A DNA stretch of 64,000 bases, from positions 9,911-73,910 of the forward strand of contig CABYPB010000003.1 in the NCBI GenBank assembly GCA_902520725.1, in the 5' to 3' direction. Below the pieces are notes generated by a model. The model searched no databases, was not told where the DNA came from, and saw nothing but the letters and a program-made list of their open reading frames with translations. This document shows, one piece after another, positions 10,052 through 22,576 of this stretch (the first letter of the stretch is position 1; every line of letters starts with the position of its first letter). Both the position numbers and the translations under genes were made by a program. Source of the stretch: an uncultured SAR86 cluster bacterium. GTDB taxonomy: Bacteria > Pseudomonadota > Gammaproteobacteria > Magnimaribacterales > D2472.

Positions 10052-10800
10052 CTTACAAACTTAAATCAGCTTCCTCAGCAAAGATTGGAAAAAAATTTAA
10101 AGTAAAAAGGATTGAATTAGGCCTTTCAATAACTAAGGTAGCAGAAAAACTAGTCATTAATAAAAATTATTTAATGAGCATTGAAGAAGGCGATTATTCA
10201 ATATTTCCAAGTGAATCCTTCGCAAAAGCATATTTTAAAAAATACTTAGAATATCTTGATATTGCAAACGATTTTCCCAGTATCTATGATAATAATCCTG
10301 AAAAGAAGCATAAAAAAATATCTAGAGAGATTAGATTTAATTCTTCATTAGAAAAAAACTTTCTTTACATAGCATCATCTTTATTGTTCGCTATTTTCAT
10401 TTTTATTTACTTTATAATGAAAACAAATTCAATTGATAACAATTTAACTGAAAATCAAATCACTTCTTTTAAAGATATAGCTTTAATATATGACAAAGTA
10501 AATCAAAACAATATTACTATCATGACTGATGATAGTTCTAATATCGAAAATAAACTTTTACTTGAATTTATTGACGAGTGTTGGATTGAATTATATTTAG
10601 ATGAAAAGCTTATAGAGGCTCAGAATTTCAAAGGTGGCGATACATACACCAAAGTCTTAAAACCGCCTTTTAAAATAGTCATCGGAAATGCTGATTCTAT
10701 TAAAGGTACATATAATGGTGAATACATTGATTTTATTACTAATGCTAATAGACTTACTAAAGTAAATACAATTTATTTCTTAAATGAGCAACTGGATTAA
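10048..10800 (+). CDS. rodZ: RodZ-like cytoskeleton protein (HTH + single TM + DUF4115-like C-terminal domain)
   Basis: N-terminal XRE-type HTH ([30 protein letters not shown]), TM segment [20 protein letters not shown], and a C-terminal beta domain. Located between rlmN and ispG as in other gammaproteobacteria. Confidence 0.7.
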   Translation: MTYKLKSASSAKIGKKFKVKRIELGLSITKVAEKLVINKNYLMSIEEGDYSIFPSESFAKAYFKKYLEYLDIANDFPSIYDNNPEKKHKKISREIRFNSSLEKNFLYIASSLLFAIFIFIYFIMKTNSIDNNLTENQITSFKDIALIYDKVNQNNITIMTDDSSNIENKLLLEFIDECWIELYLDEKLIEAQNFKGGDTYTKVLKPPFKIVIGNADSIKGTYNGEYIDFITNANRLTKVNTIYFLNEQLD

Positions 10801-11887
10801 ACGAAAAAAAACGAAGGTAATTAAAGTTGGTAATGTTCCTGTTGGAGGGAATAATCCAATTTCGATTCAATCCATGACTAATACAAATACGTGCGATGTT
10901 GTTTCAACTGTAAAACAGATTAAAGATTTAGAAGCAGCGGGTGCTGACATTGTAAGAGTTTCAGTGCCAGGTTTTGATGAAGCAAAAGCATTTAAAGAAA
11001 TAAAAAAAGCTGTAAGTATTCCTTTAGTAGCTGACATTCATTTTGATTACAAAATTGCACTAGAAGTTGCAGATATTGCTGATTGCTTAAGAATAAATCC
11101 TGGCAACATTGGCAAAGAAGATAGAGTAAAAGAAGTTATTAATGCTGCTCTTCACAATAATGTTCCAATAAGAGTAGGGGTTAATGCAGGTTCTTTAGAA
11201 AAAGATCTTCAAAAAAAATACGGTGAGCCCAATGCAGATGCACTTGTTGAATCAGCAATGAGACATGTTGAAATCTTAGACAAACTTAATTTTGATAATT
11301 ATAAAATGAGTTTGAAAGCCTCTAATATTGAAATGACTGTCGAGGCATATCGTAAAATATCAAAACTAATTGATCAGCCACTTCATCTTGGTATCACAGA
11401 AGCAGGTAGTTACAGAGCTGGAACTGTAAAATCATCAATTGGTGTAGGTATGCTTTTGTCTGAAGGCATTGGAGATACAATAAGAATTTCATTAGCCTCA
11501 GATCCGGTTGATGAGATTAAAATTGGTTGGGATATCTTAAAAAGCCTTAACATTAGAAGTAGAGGTGTAAAAATTATTGCATGCCCAAGCTGTTCAAGAC
11601 AAAACTTTAATGTCATTAATGTTGTCAATGAACTTGAAGAGCGTCTTGAGGATATTTCTGAAGATATCGAAGTCGCAATTATAGGTTGTTACGTAAATGG
11701 TCCTGGTGAGAGCAAAGCTGCAAATATTGGATTGACAGGAGCAAGCCCAAATAATCTTCTATATATAGATGGAGCTCCTAATAAGAAAATTTCAAATGCT
11801 AATTTGGTAGATGAGCTTGAAAATCAAGTTAGAAAAAAATTGATTAAGAATAAAATAGAATCTGAAAAGATTATTTTAAGGAGTTAA
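10784..11887 (+). CDS. ispG: 4-hydroxy-3-methylbut-2-en-1-yl diphosphate synthase
   Basis: [20 protein letters not shown], with Cys ligands ACPSCSRQ and GCYVNGPGE. Confidence 0.95.
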   Translation: MSNWIKRKKTKVIKVGNVPVGGNNPISIQSMTNTNTCDVVSTVKQIKDLEAAGADIVRVSVPGFDEAKAFKEIKKAVSIPLVADIHFDYKIALEVADIADCLRINPGNIGKEDRVKEVINAALHNNVPIRVGVNAGSLEKDLQKKYGEPNADALVESAMRHVEILDKLNFDNYKMSLKASNIEMTVEAYRKISKLIDQPLHLGITEAGSYRAGTVKSSIGVGMLLSEGIGDTIRISLASDPVDEIKIGWDILKSLNIRSRGVKIIACPSCSRQNFNVINVVNELEERLEDISEDIEVAIIGCYVNGPGESKAANIGLTGASPNNLLYIDGAPNKKISNANLVDELENQVRKKLIKNKIESEKIILRS

Positions 11888-11888
11888 A

Positions 11889-13157
11889 TTGGAAAAAATT
11901 CAATCTCTTACAGGTATGATGGACTTAATCGAAGATAAAGCTAATAAAGCAGATACAGCTAATGGCATTTTTTACACAGAAAATATATTAAAAGATATTT
12001 TCGAAACTTACTCGATTTTAGAAATTAGGACTCCGGCGTTAGAAGATTCTAGTTTATTTAAGAGATCTGTTGGAGATACATCCGATATAGTTAATAAAGA
12101 GCTTTATTCCTTTACGGATAAAAATGACAAAAGTATCACATTAAGACCAGAAGGGACTGCAAGTGTTATTAGATCAATAATTGAAAAGAAAATTGATAAT
12201 GAATCAAACAAGTTTTGGTATCTGGGTCCAATGTGGAGATATGAGCGTCCTCAGAAAGGCAGATACAGGCAGTTTAGTCAGGCGGGTGTTGAAATACTTG
12301 GCTATTCAGAAGGAATTGCTGAATTAGAGATCGTTTCTATAATTTGTTCTATAAATAAAGCGCTAGGAATAGAAAATTCAATATTAAAAATAAATCATCT
12401 TGGTGATAAGGAATCCAAAGAAAAGTACTGTAATGCATTAAAAAATTTTTTAATGCCGCTATCGTCAAAGCTTGATAAAAAAGACATACAAAGACTCAAT
12501 ACTAATCCTCTAAGAGTTCTTGATTCAAAAAGCTCAGAAACCCAAGAAATTTTAAAAGATGCTCCAAAGATAAATGATTTTTTAACAGACCAATCTATAG
12601 ATTTACTTAATTTGGTTAAAAATACATTCTCTGAAGAATGCAATATTGAAATAGATCACACATTAGTAAGAGGCTTAGACTATTACACAGGTTTTGTTTT
12701 TGAAGCAGTTTCTTCAGATCTAGGCGCACAAGATGCATACTTAGGTGGAGGAAGATACGATGACCTATGCAAACAACTTGGTGGAAAAGATCTTCCTGCC
12801 ATAGGAATGGCTATTGGAATAGAGCGTCTTTCATTGTTAACAAAAACATATAAAAAAAACAGGACTTTAATTTCTTTCATAATTATATCTAGTAATTTAG
12901 AGCCAAAAGCATATAAAATAGCCCACAATTTAAGATCTATAAATAGCTCTATTGATATAGATGTTCAATTGTCTGATGGCAGTTTGAAATCAAAATTAAG
13001 AAGGGCAAACAAAGATAATGCTAGTTATGCATTTATCATTGGAGAGGATGAACTTAAGTCTGAAAACATTATAGTTAAATCGCTCAATGATGAAAATTCA
13101 GAACAGATTATTATGAATATTTCGGAGATAGAAAATTTTATCCAAAATATTAAATAA
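11889..13157 (+). CDS. hisS: Histidine--tRNA ligase
   Basis: Class II motifs: LRPEGTA, WRYERPQKGRYRQF, GGGRYD, and AIGMAIGIERL. TTG start. Confidence 0.95.
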   Translation: MEKIQSLTGMMDLIEDKANKADTANGIFYTENILKDIFETYSILEIRTPALEDSSLFKRSVGDTSDIVNKELYSFTDKNDKSITLRPEGTASVIRSIIEKKIDNESNKFWYLGPMWRYERPQKGRYRQFSQAGVEILGYSEGIAELEIVSIICSINKALGIENSILKINHLGDKESKEKYCNALKNFLMPLSSKLDKKDIQRLNTNPLRVLDSKSSETQEILKDAPKINDFLTDQSIDLLNLVKNTFSEECNIEIDHTLVRGLDYYTGFVFEAVSSDLGAQDAYLGGGRYDDLCKQLGGKDLPAIGMAIGIERLSLLTKTYKKNRTLISFIIISSNLEPKAYKIAHNLRSINSSIDIDVQLSDGSLKSKLRRANKDNASYAFIIGEDELKSENIIVKSLNDENSEQIIMNISEIENFIQNIK

Positions 13158-13168
13158 GGTAATTAAAT

Positions 13169-13813
13169 ATGAATAATGTATATGAAAATAACATGAGATT
13201 TTTGCCCTTGCTGAAGTTCATTGAAAAGTATCGAATAACTATAATATTGATTGTAATAACTATAATCCTAGCAATTACTTTTTCAATATTTTCAAACCAA
13301 ATAGCAAAACAAAATAATTTAAAAGCTGCGTCTATATACTCAAGCTTTTTAGAAGAAATTTCATCTAGTGAGCCAGATAACTCTGAACTTAATGAAATTT
13401 TAGATAATTTATTAATGAACTATAAAAATACAGGATACACACAAATAGCTCTATTAAATAAGGCCTCTTTAGATGCTAGAAATAATAATTTTGATGAATC
13501 TCTTAAGAATTTTGAAATTTTAGTAGATTTAACAAATGGCTTTAATGGAAATAAGATTTACAACAAAATTGCTAGAGTAAGTGCAGCTAGAATACTTTTA
13601 TCAAATGATAAGTATGATGAAGCACTTAATATGATTGAAAAGTTTTCATCAAACTCAACAAATGGATATATTCATGAACTATCTGGCGATATTTTGTTAA
13701 AGCAAAATAAGATTGACTTAGCCATTTCACAATATGAATTAGCATCATCTAAGTATAATGATGAAACTTCTAAATCTATTATTTCAATGAAGATATCTAA
13801 TATAGGTACATAG
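13169..13813 (+). CDS. yfgM: YfgM-like ancillary SecYEG translocon subunit (N-terminal TM + TPR-like domain)
   Basis: Starts MNNVYENN as E. coli MEIYENEN. Single TM, TPR-like helices, and a C-terminal MKISNIG resembling E. coli MKINNL. hisS-yfgM-bamB-der synteny. Confidence 0.7.
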   Translation: MNNVYENNMRFLPLLKFIEKYRITIILIVITIILAITFSIFSNQIAKQNNLKAASIYSSFLEEISSSEPDNSELNEILDNLLMNYKNTGYTQIALLNKASLDARNNNFDESLKNFEILVDLTNGFNGNKIYNKIARVSAARILLSNDKYDEALNMIEKFSSNSTNGYIHELSGDILLKQNKIDLAISQYELASSKYNDETSKSIISMKISNIGT

Positions 13814-13814
13814 C

Positions 13815-14975
13815 TTGAATAAGAAATCATTACATTTTTTTGCAACTCTTCAAATTGTATTTATTTTGAGCTCATGCTCGTCATTGCAGGGTTTAAAATT
13901 TTGGGAAACTGACGAAGTTGACCCAGATGAACCAAAAGAACTTTCTTCATATGAAAATCAGAAGGATATTTTAAATATTTGGAATCTTTCATTTGACGGT
14001 GAAAATGAAATTGGAAATTTTGAGCCAGGTTTTAGTTCGCAAAATTTATTTTTTGCAGACTCTGAAGGAACTCTATCATCTATATCATTAAAGAGCGGTG
14101 AAAAAGAATGGTCAACTGAACTTAATTTTTTAGCCTCAGGTACAGCTGCTGGTTTTGGTATTTTGGTTGTAGCAGACGTTGATGGCAATGTAATAGCTTT
14201 AGATCAAAAAGATGGATCTCAACTATGGAGCACTAATGTTAAAGGCGAAATTTTAAGCAAATCAGTAATTGATACACAAATAGTTGTAGTTAAATCAGGC
14301 TCAGGTGAACTAATCGGCTTAAATAGAGTTACTGGTGAAATTGAATGGTCTTATAGATCTAAATTACCTCCACTCACTGTTAGAGGTAGTAGCAGCCCTG
14401 TGTTATCAGATGATAAAATTTTTGTATCTTTTGATAATGGTAGGCTTGGGGTTTTCGATATAAATTCAGGATTCCCACTATGGGATGGTGCAATATCATA
14501 TGCTAGTGGCACGTCTGAATTAGACAATCTTATAGATGGTGATTCTAGTCCAGTAATTGAAGGGGGTTTAGTTTATACAACCAACTATCAAGGAAACTTG
14601 AATATATTCGACATTGCTCAAAAAAGATCTGTTTGGACAAGTGAAACGTCATCTTTTTATTCGCCTGTAATCATGAGAGGCTTATTAATAGTTGCAGAGG
14701 CTAATTCAACAATAAAATCATTTTCTTTAAGCTCTCTTGAAGAGTCATGGCTTAATGAAGATTATTTAAACAGAGGTTTATCAAATCCAGTTAGCTATAA
14801 AGGAAGCCTTATTGTAGGAGATTTTGAAGGTTATATTCATGTAATCGATCCTTTAAATGGAAAAACAATTGGAAGAAAAAAACTATCTCGAAAACCAATA
14901 AAATCAATTTTTACTAGAAGTAATAGCCTATATGTTATCGATGAAGCATTTAATCTATTTTCCGTTAATATGTAA
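13815..14975 (+). CDS. bamB: Outer membrane assembly lipoprotein BamB (PQQ-like beta-propeller)
   Basis: Lipobox ILSSCSS. Repeated W-containing propeller blades (EWSTEL, QLWSTNV, IEWSYRS, PLWDG, SVWTSE). TTG start. Confidence 0.85.
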   Translation: MNKKSLHFFATLQIVFILSSCSSLQGLKFWETDEVDPDEPKELSSYENQKDILNIWNLSFDGENEIGNFEPGFSSQNLFFADSEGTLSSISLKSGEKEWSTELNFLASGTAAGFGILVVADVDGNVIALDQKDGSQLWSTNVKGEILSKSVIDTQIVVVKSGSGELIGLNRVTGEIEWSYRSKLPPLTVRGSSSPVLSDDKIFVSFDNGRLGVFDINSGFPLWDGAISYASGTSELDNLIDGDSSPVIEGGLVYTTNYQGNLNIFDIAQKRSVWTSETSSFYSPVIMRGLLIVAEANSTIKSFSLSSLEESWLNEDYLNRGLSNPVSYKGSLIVGDFEGYIHVIDPLNGKTIGRKKLSRKPIKSIFTRSNSLYVIDEAFNLFSVNM

Positions 14976-14989
14976 GATGGATAAGAAAA

Positions 14990-16375
14990 ATGTTTACTTC
15001 AATAGCAATTATAGGACGACCTAATGTAGGCAAATCCTCTTTATTTAATAAACTAACAAAATCAAGAGATGCAATAGTTTCAGATTTTCCTGGCCTCACT
15101 AAAGATAGGAATCATGGTTTCATAAAACTTAAAGATAAGAAAATGCTTCTTATTGATACTGGCGGTATTGTAAACCAAAAAGAAGATATTCAAGAAGCAG
15201 TTTCTCATCAAGCCTGGTTAGCTGTTGAAGAATCTTCGTTGATTATTCTTTTATTTGATGGCTCTGAAAACTTAAATAAAGAGGATTTAGATATAATTTA
15301 TAAGTTACGCAAATTAGACAAAGAATTCATTGCAGTCTTAAATAAAATAGATAAAAAATCAGAATCTTTAATAGATGAAGATCTCTATAAAAATGGCATA
15401 AGTAATTGTATAAAAATTAGTGCTGAACACTCCAGAAATTTAAATTTATTAAAGTCACATATTGAGACAAAAGTACCAGATGCATTAATTAATCATCCTG
15501 AGGGTAAAAAAGTTGCTGTTCTGGGAAGACCTAATGCAGGCAAATCAACTTTTATAAATAATTTAATTAACGAGGATAGGTTAGTGGTTAGTGAAATTGC
15601 AGGAACAACTATAGATGCTATAAGTGTCCCGTTTGAATTTGATGATCAAAAATTTATATTTATTGATACAGCAGGAATTAGAAAGGGTTATAAATATAAA
15701 CATAAAGTTGAGTACTTCTCTTTTGTAAGAGCTGTTCATTCAATCGAACAAAGCGACATAGTTATTTTCTTATGTGATGCAACTGAGGGGCTTGTGGATC
15801 AAGATTTAAAAATATTAAATATGATTATTGAGAATGGTAAACCCATCTTATTTGCATTAAATAAAATTGATCTAGTTTCAAAAAAAGAACTTGATGATCT
15901 CTATGCTACAAAAAAAATGCAATCAGAGTTTTTCTTAAATCTTATAAAGCTGGAAATATCAGCAATTAAAAAGAAGGGATTTAAAAGAGTTTTTAGTCAA
16001 ACAAATAGATTAATTGACTTATCTCAGAAAAAGTTCACGACATCAAATTTAAATAATTTACTTAGAAAATTTGTATCAATAAATTCACCACCAACAGTTG
16101 CAGGCAGACAACTTAAGTTTAAACATGTTCATTTTGGTGGAATTTGTCCTACAACTTTTATCATACATTCTAATCAAGATAAGAAAATACCAAATAATTA
16201 TAGAAAGTATCTTGAGAATTCATTTCGTTCTAATTTGGGCCTATCAAGCATTCAATTAAAATTAATTTTTAGAAAAGCAGATAATCCATATGAGGGTAAA
16301 AAAAATAAACTAACAGAAAGACAAATAAAGAAAAAACAAAGATTAGTAAAGCACAACAAAAAACAAAAGAAGTAA
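14990..16375 (+). CDS. der: Ribosome-associated GTPase Der (EngA), two G domains + KH-like domain
   Basis: Two P-loops (GRPNVGKSS and GRPNAGKST), DTGG/DTAGIR and NKID/NKIDL motifs, and a Lys-rich C-terminal tail. Confidence 0.95.
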   Translation: MFTSIAIIGRPNVGKSSLFNKLTKSRDAIVSDFPGLTKDRNHGFIKLKDKKMLLIDTGGIVNQKEDIQEAVSHQAWLAVEESSLIILLFDGSENLNKEDLDIIYKLRKLDKEFIAVLNKIDKKSESLIDEDLYKNGISNCIKISAEHSRNLNLLKSHIETKVPDALINHPEGKKVAVLGRPNAGKSTFINNLINEDRLVVSEIAGTTIDAISVPFEFDDQKFIFIDTAGIRKGYKYKHKVEYFSFVRAVHSIEQSDIVIFLCDATEGLVDQDLKILNMIIENGKPILFALNKIDLVSKKELDDLYATKKMQSEFFLNLIKLEISAIKKKGFKRVFSQTNRLIDLSQKKFTTSNLNNLLRKFVSINSPPTVAGRQLKFKHVHFGGICPTTFIIHSNQDKKIPNNYRKYLENSFRSNLGLSSIQLKLIFRKADNPYEGKKNKLTERQIKKKQRLVKHNKKQKK

Positions 16376-16456
16376 TTCTTTAAACATAGTTATATAAAAA
16401 AACTGCTGTATAATTCCAGCTAAATAAATTTTAAATATTTATTAATTAAGCACACA

Positions 16457-16840
16457 ATGCAAGAAAGGCCAGTATATCTTGACTTAACCAAAATCAGGCT
16501 TCCAATGTCTGCATTTTCATCTATTACTCATAGACTTTCTGGTATGTATATCTTTTTTATTACCTTGCCATTGCTACTTTATGTTATCCGTGTATCGACC
16601 TCGTCAAAATCTAATTTTGATCAACTTATAATCACTCTTAGTACTATAAATATTTTCTCAACATTATTTTATATAAGTATTTCAATATTTTGGTATCACA
16701 TTTTGACAGGAATAAGACATCTAATCATGGACTTCTTTCATATTGGCGAATCACTAGAAGGCGCTAACTATTCTGCAATTTTTGTTGTATTTTTTTGGGC
16801 ACTTAGTTTTCTACTATTTCTTGGTTATAACTTTATATGA
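16457..16840 (+). CDS. sdhC: Succinate dehydrogenase cytochrome b556 subunit
   Basis: 127 aa with 3 TM segments and SITHRLSG. First gene of the sdhCDAB cluster. Confidence 0.85.
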   Translation: MQERPVYLDLTKIRLPMSAFSSITHRLSGMYIFFITLPLLLYVIRVSTSSKSNFDQLIITLSTINIFSTLFYISISIFWYHILTGIRHLIMDFFHIGESLEGANYSAIFVVFFWALSFLLFLGYNFI

Positions 16841-17193
16841 AAGGCTCAATGTTATGGAATCTTCAAAGATATTCTTCTTTGTTTATATTGATATATTTGG
16901 TTTATCTTGTTGGCTTTATTTATTCTAATGATTTAGATTTCTTCTCTTGGTCTGATTTTTTCTTATCTTTTCAAATTAGACTTATTTCTTCTTTAGCGTT
17001 TTTATTGATCATACTTCATGCGTTTATAGGCCTATGGACTGTTGGCACGGATTATCTTACTAATAGAACATTAGGATTTCTTAATAAGTCTTTATCCGAA
17101 TATGCGAATTTATTCAGAAAAATATATTATTTTTTCTTTGTTTTGCTGGGAACCATTTATTTATCAGTAGTTTTATATATAATATGGTTATAA
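16837..17193 (+). CDS. sdhD: Succinate dehydrogenase hydrophobic membrane anchor
   Basis: 118 aa with 3 TM segments and HAFIGLWTVGTDY. 4-nt overlap with sdhC. Confidence 0.8.
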   Translation: MKGSMLWNLQRYSSLFILIYLVYLVGFIYSNDLDFFSWSDFFLSFQIRLISSLAFLLIILHAFIGLWTVGTDYLTNRTLGFLNKSLSEYANLFRKIYYFFFVLLGTIYLSVVLYIIWL

Positions 17194-17228
17194 GTTATGA
17201 TGATATATAATTATAAATATTAATAATA

Positions 17229-19013
17229 ATGAACAGCATCTTCACAAACAATATAAAAACCATTGAATTTGATGCGTTGATCGTTGGTGGTGGTGGTTCT
17301 GGAATGCGAGCATCTCTTGAATTAGCAAAGTCCGGATTAAAAACAGCCGTTGTTTCCAAAGTATTCCCAACTAGGTCCCATACTGTTTCTGCTCAGGGAG
17401 GCATAACTTGCGCTATAGCTAGTGCAGACCCAAATGATGACTGGCGTTGGCACATGTATGATACTGTCAAAGGAGCAGATTTTATTGGTGATCAGGATGC
17501 AATAGAGTACTTATGCTCAGAGGGTCCAAAAGCTGTTTTTGAATTGGAGCATATGGGCTTACCTTTCTCAAGATTCGAAAATGGAAGAATCTATCAACGT
17601 CCTTTTGGAGGACAGTCAAAAGATTTTGGTAAGGGCGGTCAGGCTTCTAGGACTTGTGCAGCTGCAGACAGAACTGGACATGCATTACTGCATACTCTGT
17701 ATCAAAATAATGTTAAAGAAGGTACTAATTTTTTAAATGAATGGTTTGCAGTCGACTTAGTTAAGAATTCAAAAGATGAAGTTACTGGAGTGATAGCTTT
17801 TTCAATAGAAAACGGTGAAGTTGCATATTTAAAAGCTCAAGCAACTGTATTAGCAACCGGTGGTGCAGGAAGAATTTATGCCTCAACGACTAATGCATTA
17901 ATAAATACTGGTGATGGTTTAGCAATGGCACTAAGAGCAGGTTTTCCAGCTCAAGATATGGAAATGTGGCAATTTCATCCAACTGGCATTTATGGAGCTG
18001 GCTCGTTAGTTACAGAAGGTTGCAGAGGAGAAGGCGGATATCTCATTAATAAAGATGGAGAAAGGTTTATGGAAAGATATGCTCCAAATGTTAAGGATTT
18101 AGCTGGAAGAGATGTTGTAGCACGATCAATGGTTCTTGAGATTCTTGAAGGCAGAGGTTGTGGCGAAAAGAATGATCATATATTTTTAAAATTAGACCAT
18201 TTAGGGGCTGATGTGCTTAATTCTAAATTACCGGGTATTTGTGAATTATCGAGGACTTTTGCTCACGTTGATCCAATATATGAACCAATTCCAGTTGTTC
18301 CAACATGTCATTACATGATGGGCGGCACTCCCACAAATATATCAGGACAGGCATTCACAAGAGTTAATGATCAAGACCATTTAATACCAGGACTATTTTC
18401 TGCAGGCGAGGCTGCATGTGTCTCTGTGCATGGTGCTAATAGACTTGGTGGAAACTCTCTGCTTGATTTAGTAGTCTTTGGCAGAGCAACAGGAATGCAC
18501 ATCCAAAGTGAATTAAAATCAGGAGGTGGTGTTGATTCTGCAACTAAAGATGATATAAATAACTCACTTGAAAGACTTAATAAACTAAATGAGTCTTCAA
18601 AAGGATTTGATCCTGCTGAAGTTAAAAGAGAACTTCAAGAGTGCATGCAAAATTATTTTGGAGTCTTCAGACGTGGCGAATTTATGAAGAAAGGCTTAGA
18701 TCAACTTAACGAATTAAAAGAAAAGGTAGAAAACCTTCATCTTAAAGATAAAAGTGATGCTTTTAATACCAGCAGAGTTGAAGCAATAGAACTTCAAAAT
18801 TTATTTGAAGTAGCTGAATCTACTGCAATATCTGCTTTTCAAAGAACAGAAAGCAGGGGAGCGCACGCAAGAGATGATTTTCCAGAAAGGGATGACGAAG
18901 AGTGGCTATGCCATAGCTTATTTGACCCAGTTACTAAATCGGTAAAAAAGAGAGAGGTCAACTTCAATCCCTCAACAATTGAAGCGTTTCCTCCAAAAGT
19001 AAGGTCTTATTAA
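17229..19013 (+). CDS. sdhA: Succinate dehydrogenase flavoprotein subunit
   Basis: [10 protein letters not shown] dinucleotide fold, SHTVSAQGG (covalent FAD His), HPTG, and RGAHAR. Confidence 0.97.
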   Translation: MNSIFTNNIKTIEFDALIVGGGGSGMRASLELAKSGLKTAVVSKVFPTRSHTVSAQGGITCAIASADPNDDWRWHMYDTVKGADFIGDQDAIEYLCSEGPKAVFELEHMGLPFSRFENGRIYQRPFGGQSKDFGKGGQASRTCAAADRTGHALLHTLYQNNVKEGTNFLNEWFAVDLVKNSKDEVTGVIAFSIENGEVAYLKAQATVLATGGAGRIYASTTNALINTGDGLAMALRAGFPAQDMEMWQFHPTGIYGAGSLVTEGCRGEGGYLINKDGERFMERYAPNVKDLAGRDVVARSMVLEILEGRGCGEKNDHIFLKLDHLGADVLNSKLPGICELSRTFAHVDPIYEPIPVVPTCHYMMGGTPTNISGQAFTRVNDQDHLIPGLFSAGEAACVSVHGANRLGGNSLLDLVVFGRATGMHIQSELKSGGGVDSATKDDINNSLERLNKLNESSKGFDPAEVKRELQECMQNYFGVFRRGEFMKKGLDQLNELKEKVENLHLKDKSDAFNTSRVEAIELQNLFEVAESTAISAFQRTESRGAHARDDFPERDDEEWLCHSLFDPVTKSVKKREVNFNPSTIEAFPPKVRSY

Positions 19014-19753
19014 TGTTTGGTAATAAATTAAAGGTAAGTTTATATCGTTACAATCCGGAAGAAGATCAGTTTCCGTATATGAAGGAATATTCGATCGATA
19101 AGCCTGAAAGAGATATTATGGTTCTCGATTTACTTCACTTATTAAAAGAAAACGATCAATCTATTTCATACAGAAGATCATGCAGAGAGGGTGTCTGCGG
19201 TTCTGATGGAATGAATATTAATGGTAAAAACGGATTGGCTTGTATAACCCCTATCTCATCAGTAATAAAAAGAAATAAAATTGAGTTAAGACCGCTTCCG
19301 GGATTACCTGTTATAAGAGATTTAGTTGTTGATATGACTGAGTTTTATGCTCAATATGAAAAAATTAAACCATTTTTACAAAATGAAACATCTGCTCCTG
19401 AGCAAGAAAGACTTCAATCACCAGAAGAAAGGGAGAAGTTAGATGGATTATATGAATGTATATTATGTGCATGTTGTTCAACAAGTTGTCCTTCGTTTTG
19501 GTGGAATCCTGATAAGTTTGTTGGTCCAGCCGCATTGCTTCAAGCCTATAGATTTTTAGCAGATTCAAGAGATTTAAAAACTCAAGAAAGACTAGAATCA
19601 TTATCAGATCCATTTAGTGTTTATAGATGTCATGGAATCATGAATTGTGTAAGCGTATGCCCAAAAGGACTCAATCCAAATAAAGCAATTGGAGAAATAA
19701 AATCAATGTTACATAAAAATAAAAAGGATATAATTGTCTCTGACGGGGTATAA
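19013..19753 (+). CDS. sdhB: Succinate dehydrogenase iron-sulfur subunit
   Basis: CREGVCGSDGMNING, CILCACCSTSCP, and CHGIMNCVSVCPKGL. Confidence 0.97.
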   Translation: MFGNKLKVSLYRYNPEEDQFPYMKEYSIDKPERDIMVLDLLHLLKENDQSISYRRSCREGVCGSDGMNINGKNGLACITPISSVIKRNKIELRPLPGLPVIRDLVVDMTEFYAQYEKIKPFLQNETSAPEQERLQSPEEREKLDGLYECILCACCSTSCPSFWWNPDKFVGPAALLQAYRFLADSRDLKTQERLESLSDPFSVYRCHGIMNCVSVCPKGLNPNKAIGEIKSMLHKNKKDIIVSDGV

Positions 19754-19768
19754 AAAATAAGGCAATAA

Positions 19769-22576
19769 ATGAGTTTAACAATGAAAGAGCTTTGGGGGAG
19801 CTCCCACATTTCTGCAGGACATGCTGCCTACCTTGAAAGTCTTTATGAATCTTTCATAAATAATCCAGAAGATTTATCTAAAGAATGGTTAGATTTTTTT
19901 ACAAATCTTCCAGATCATCCAAAATCTAATGGAGAAATTTCTCATCAAGAAATAATAAAAGAATTCAAGAATATTTCTAGAAGTAATCCTGTTTCAAAAG
20001 TATCTTTTGATGAGAGGCAAGGAAAAGTTGTAAGACTAATTCAGTCTTACAGAAATAGAGGTCACCTAAAAGCAAAGCTAGATCCACTAGGAATGATGGA
20101 AAGGCGAATAGTTGAGGACTTAAACATTGAATTTCATGGTTTTTCTGAAAAAGATCTTGATGAAGAGTTTTATACTGATACATTCAACACAGGCAAAGAC
20201 AAGTTGCCTTTAAGAGAAATAATTAAAAGACTTGAAGACATATATTGTGGAAATATCGGCATTGAATGCAACCATATTATGGAATCTAAAGAAAGAAGAT
20301 GGTTCCAAAAAAAATTTGAATCAAAACTTCAAGATTATAGTTTTAATGATGATGAAAAGTTTAATATTTATGAAAGATTAAATTCTGCAGAAGGCTTGGC
20401 TAAATATTTATCAGCAAAATATCCAGGAATGAAGCGTTTTGGAATAGATGGTGCAGAGTCATTGGTTCCATTAGTAGAGAGCGTAATTCAGAATTGTGGC
20501 TCATTAGGCGCAAATCAGATTTGTTTTGGTATGGCTCATAGAGGAAGATTAAATCTTCTTGTTAATGTTTTAGGCAAACTTCCATCTGAATTGTTTGCTG
20601 CTTTTGATGAAGATTCTACATTAGAAGGTGCTAACACAGGTGATGTGAAATACCATCTAGGTTTTTCATCTAATTTAGATACTCCAGGAGGTGAAGTCCA
20701 TGTTTCACTTTTTAATAATCCATCACATTTAGAGATTGTTGATCCGGTGGTAATTGGTTCTGTGAGAGCTAGACAAGACAGAATTAAGGATACAAACAGA
20801 TCAAAAGTTATACCTGTATTGTTACATGGTGATGCTTCGTTTTCTGGACAAGGTGTTGTAATGGAATCGCTGCAGATGTCGCAAACCAGAGGTTTCTATG
20901 TTGGAGGATCAATCCACATAATAGTTAATAATCAAATAGGATTCACAACCAGCAATGTAAATGACTCAAGGTCAACTGACTATTCTTCTGATGTAGCAAA
21001 AATAATTCAAGCTCCAGTTATACATGTTAATGGTGATGACCCTGAAATGGTTGTTAATGCTGCAAAAATTGCATGCAAATATAGAGATAAGTTTAAAAAA
21101 GATATCATTATTGATTTATTCTGTTATAGAAGAAGAGGACATAATGAGGCTGATGATCCATCTGCCACGCAGCCTTTAATGTATAAAAAAATATCAGAAC
21201 ATCCTAGTGTATTAAAACAGTATGAAGAAGTTCTTTTATCAAAAAAAGTTCTTACTAATGAAAAAATTAAATCAATAAAGATAAATTATAGAAAATCACT
21301 TGAAGGTGGAAAAACTGTAGCTAAAAATTTAGCAGAAAAACCAAATAACAGCTTATGGTTTGATTGGGATCCATACATGGATACTAAATGGTGGCCAAAA
21401 GTAGATACTAGCTTTGATAAAAAACAATTTAAGAAACTTGGTCATGACATCTGTTCAATTCCTAAATCTTTTAATCTTGGCTCACAGGCAGCAAAAATTT
21501 TTGAAGATAGAGTAAAAATGACAAATGAAGATATACCTTTAAATTGGGGATATGCTGAGAGTATGGCTTATGCAACATTATTAAATGAAGGCTATCCAAT
21601 AAGAATTACTGGTCAAGATGTCAGACGAGGAACCTTTTCTCATAGACATGCATGTGTATTCGATTCTAAATCTGGAATGGGATTCATTCCACTCTCAGAA
21701 ATTGCAGAAAAAAATAATAGCCGATTTGATATATATGATTCTTTATTATCAGAGGAGGCTGTTTTAGGTTTTGAATATGGATATTCTGCTACCTGGCCTA
21801 CTGGTCTAGCTATTTGGGAGGCACAATTTGGTGATTTTGCAAATGGTGCTCAAGTAGTTATTGATCAATTTATAGTATCTGCTCAACACAAATGGGAAAG
21901 ACTTTCTGGATTGGTAATGCTTTTACCTCATGGGTATGAGGGACAAGGCCCGGAGCATAGTAGTGCAAGAATAGAAAGATTTTTACAGCTTTGTGCATCA
22001 GAAAATATTCAAGTTTGTGTTCCTAGTACACCAAAACAAATTTTTCATTTACTTCGAAGACAGGCTATTAGAAAAATGAGAACTCCTTTAATAGTTATTT
22101 CACCAAAAAGTTTATTAAGAAACCCAGATGCAATTTCACATGTAGACGAATTAACAAGCGGTAATTTTTCCTGTGTAATAGATGATAATCTTGAAAATAA
22201 AAATGATGTAAAAAGATTAATTATGTGTTCTGGAAAAGTCTATTATGATCTTATGAAAATGCGCAATAAAAAAGATTTTAAAGATATTGCTATCGTAAGA
22301 ATAGAACAATTGTATCCTTTTCCCTATGATGACCTTGAAGAAATATTAACAAAGTACGAAAATGTACAAGAATTCATATGGTGTCAAGAAGAGCCTCTTA
22401 ATCAAGGCGCATGGTTTAGCCATAGACACAGAATTCAAAGGGTTTTAGATAGATTAGATAAGGGAGATGAAGTGAGTTTAGTTAGTCGACCTGCAGCAGC
22501 AGCTCCAGCAGTAGGACTTATGAAACTTCACCTTCAACAACAAGAAGAGTTAGTTAAAAAGGCAATGGGTAAATGA
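19769..22576 (+). CDS. sucA: 2-oxoglutarate dehydrogenase E1 component
   Basis: 935 aa with [21 protein letters not shown], and [13 protein letters not shown]. Confidence 0.97.
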   Translation: MSLTMKELWGSSHISAGHAAYLESLYESFINNPEDLSKEWLDFFTNLPDHPKSNGEISHQEIIKEFKNISRSNPVSKVSFDERQGKVVRLIQSYRNRGHLKAKLDPLGMMERRIVEDLNIEFHGFSEKDLDEEFYTDTFNTGKDKLPLREIIKRLEDIYCGNIGIECNHIMESKERRWFQKKFESKLQDYSFNDDEKFNIYERLNSAEGLAKYLSAKYPGMKRFGIDGAESLVPLVESVIQNCGSLGANQICFGMAHRGRLNLLVNVLGKLPSELFAAFDEDSTLEGANTGDVKYHLGFSSNLDTPGGEVHVSLFNNPSHLEIVDPVVIGSVRARQDRIKDTNRSKVIPVLLHGDASFSGQGVVMESLQMSQTRGFYVGGSIHIIVNNQIGFTTSNVNDSRSTDYSSDVAKIIQAPVIHVNGDDPEMVVNAAKIACKYRDKFKKDIIIDLFCYRRRGHNEADDPSATQPLMYKKISEHPSVLKQYEEVLLSKKVLTNEKIKSIKINYRKSLEGGKTVAKNLAEKPNNSLWFDWDPYMDTKWWPKVDTSFDKKQFKKLGHDICSIPKSFNLGSQAAKIFEDRVKMTNEDIPLNWGYAESMAYATLLNEGYPIRITGQDVRRGTFSHRHACVFDSKSGMGFIPLSEIAEKNNSRFDIYDSLLSEEAVLGFEYGYSATWPTGLAIWEAQFGDFANGAQVVIDQFIVSAQHKWERLSGLVMLLPHGYEGQGPEHSSARIERFLQLCASENIQVCVPSTPKQIFHLLRRQAIRKMRTPLIVISPKSLLRNPDAISHVDELTSGNFSCVIDDNLENKNDVKRLIMCSGKVYYDLMKMRNKKDFKDIAIVRIEQLYPFPYDDLEEILTKYENVQEFIWCQEEPLNQGAWFSHRHRIQRVLDRLDKGDEVSLVSRPAAAAPAVGLMKLHLQQQEELVKKAMGK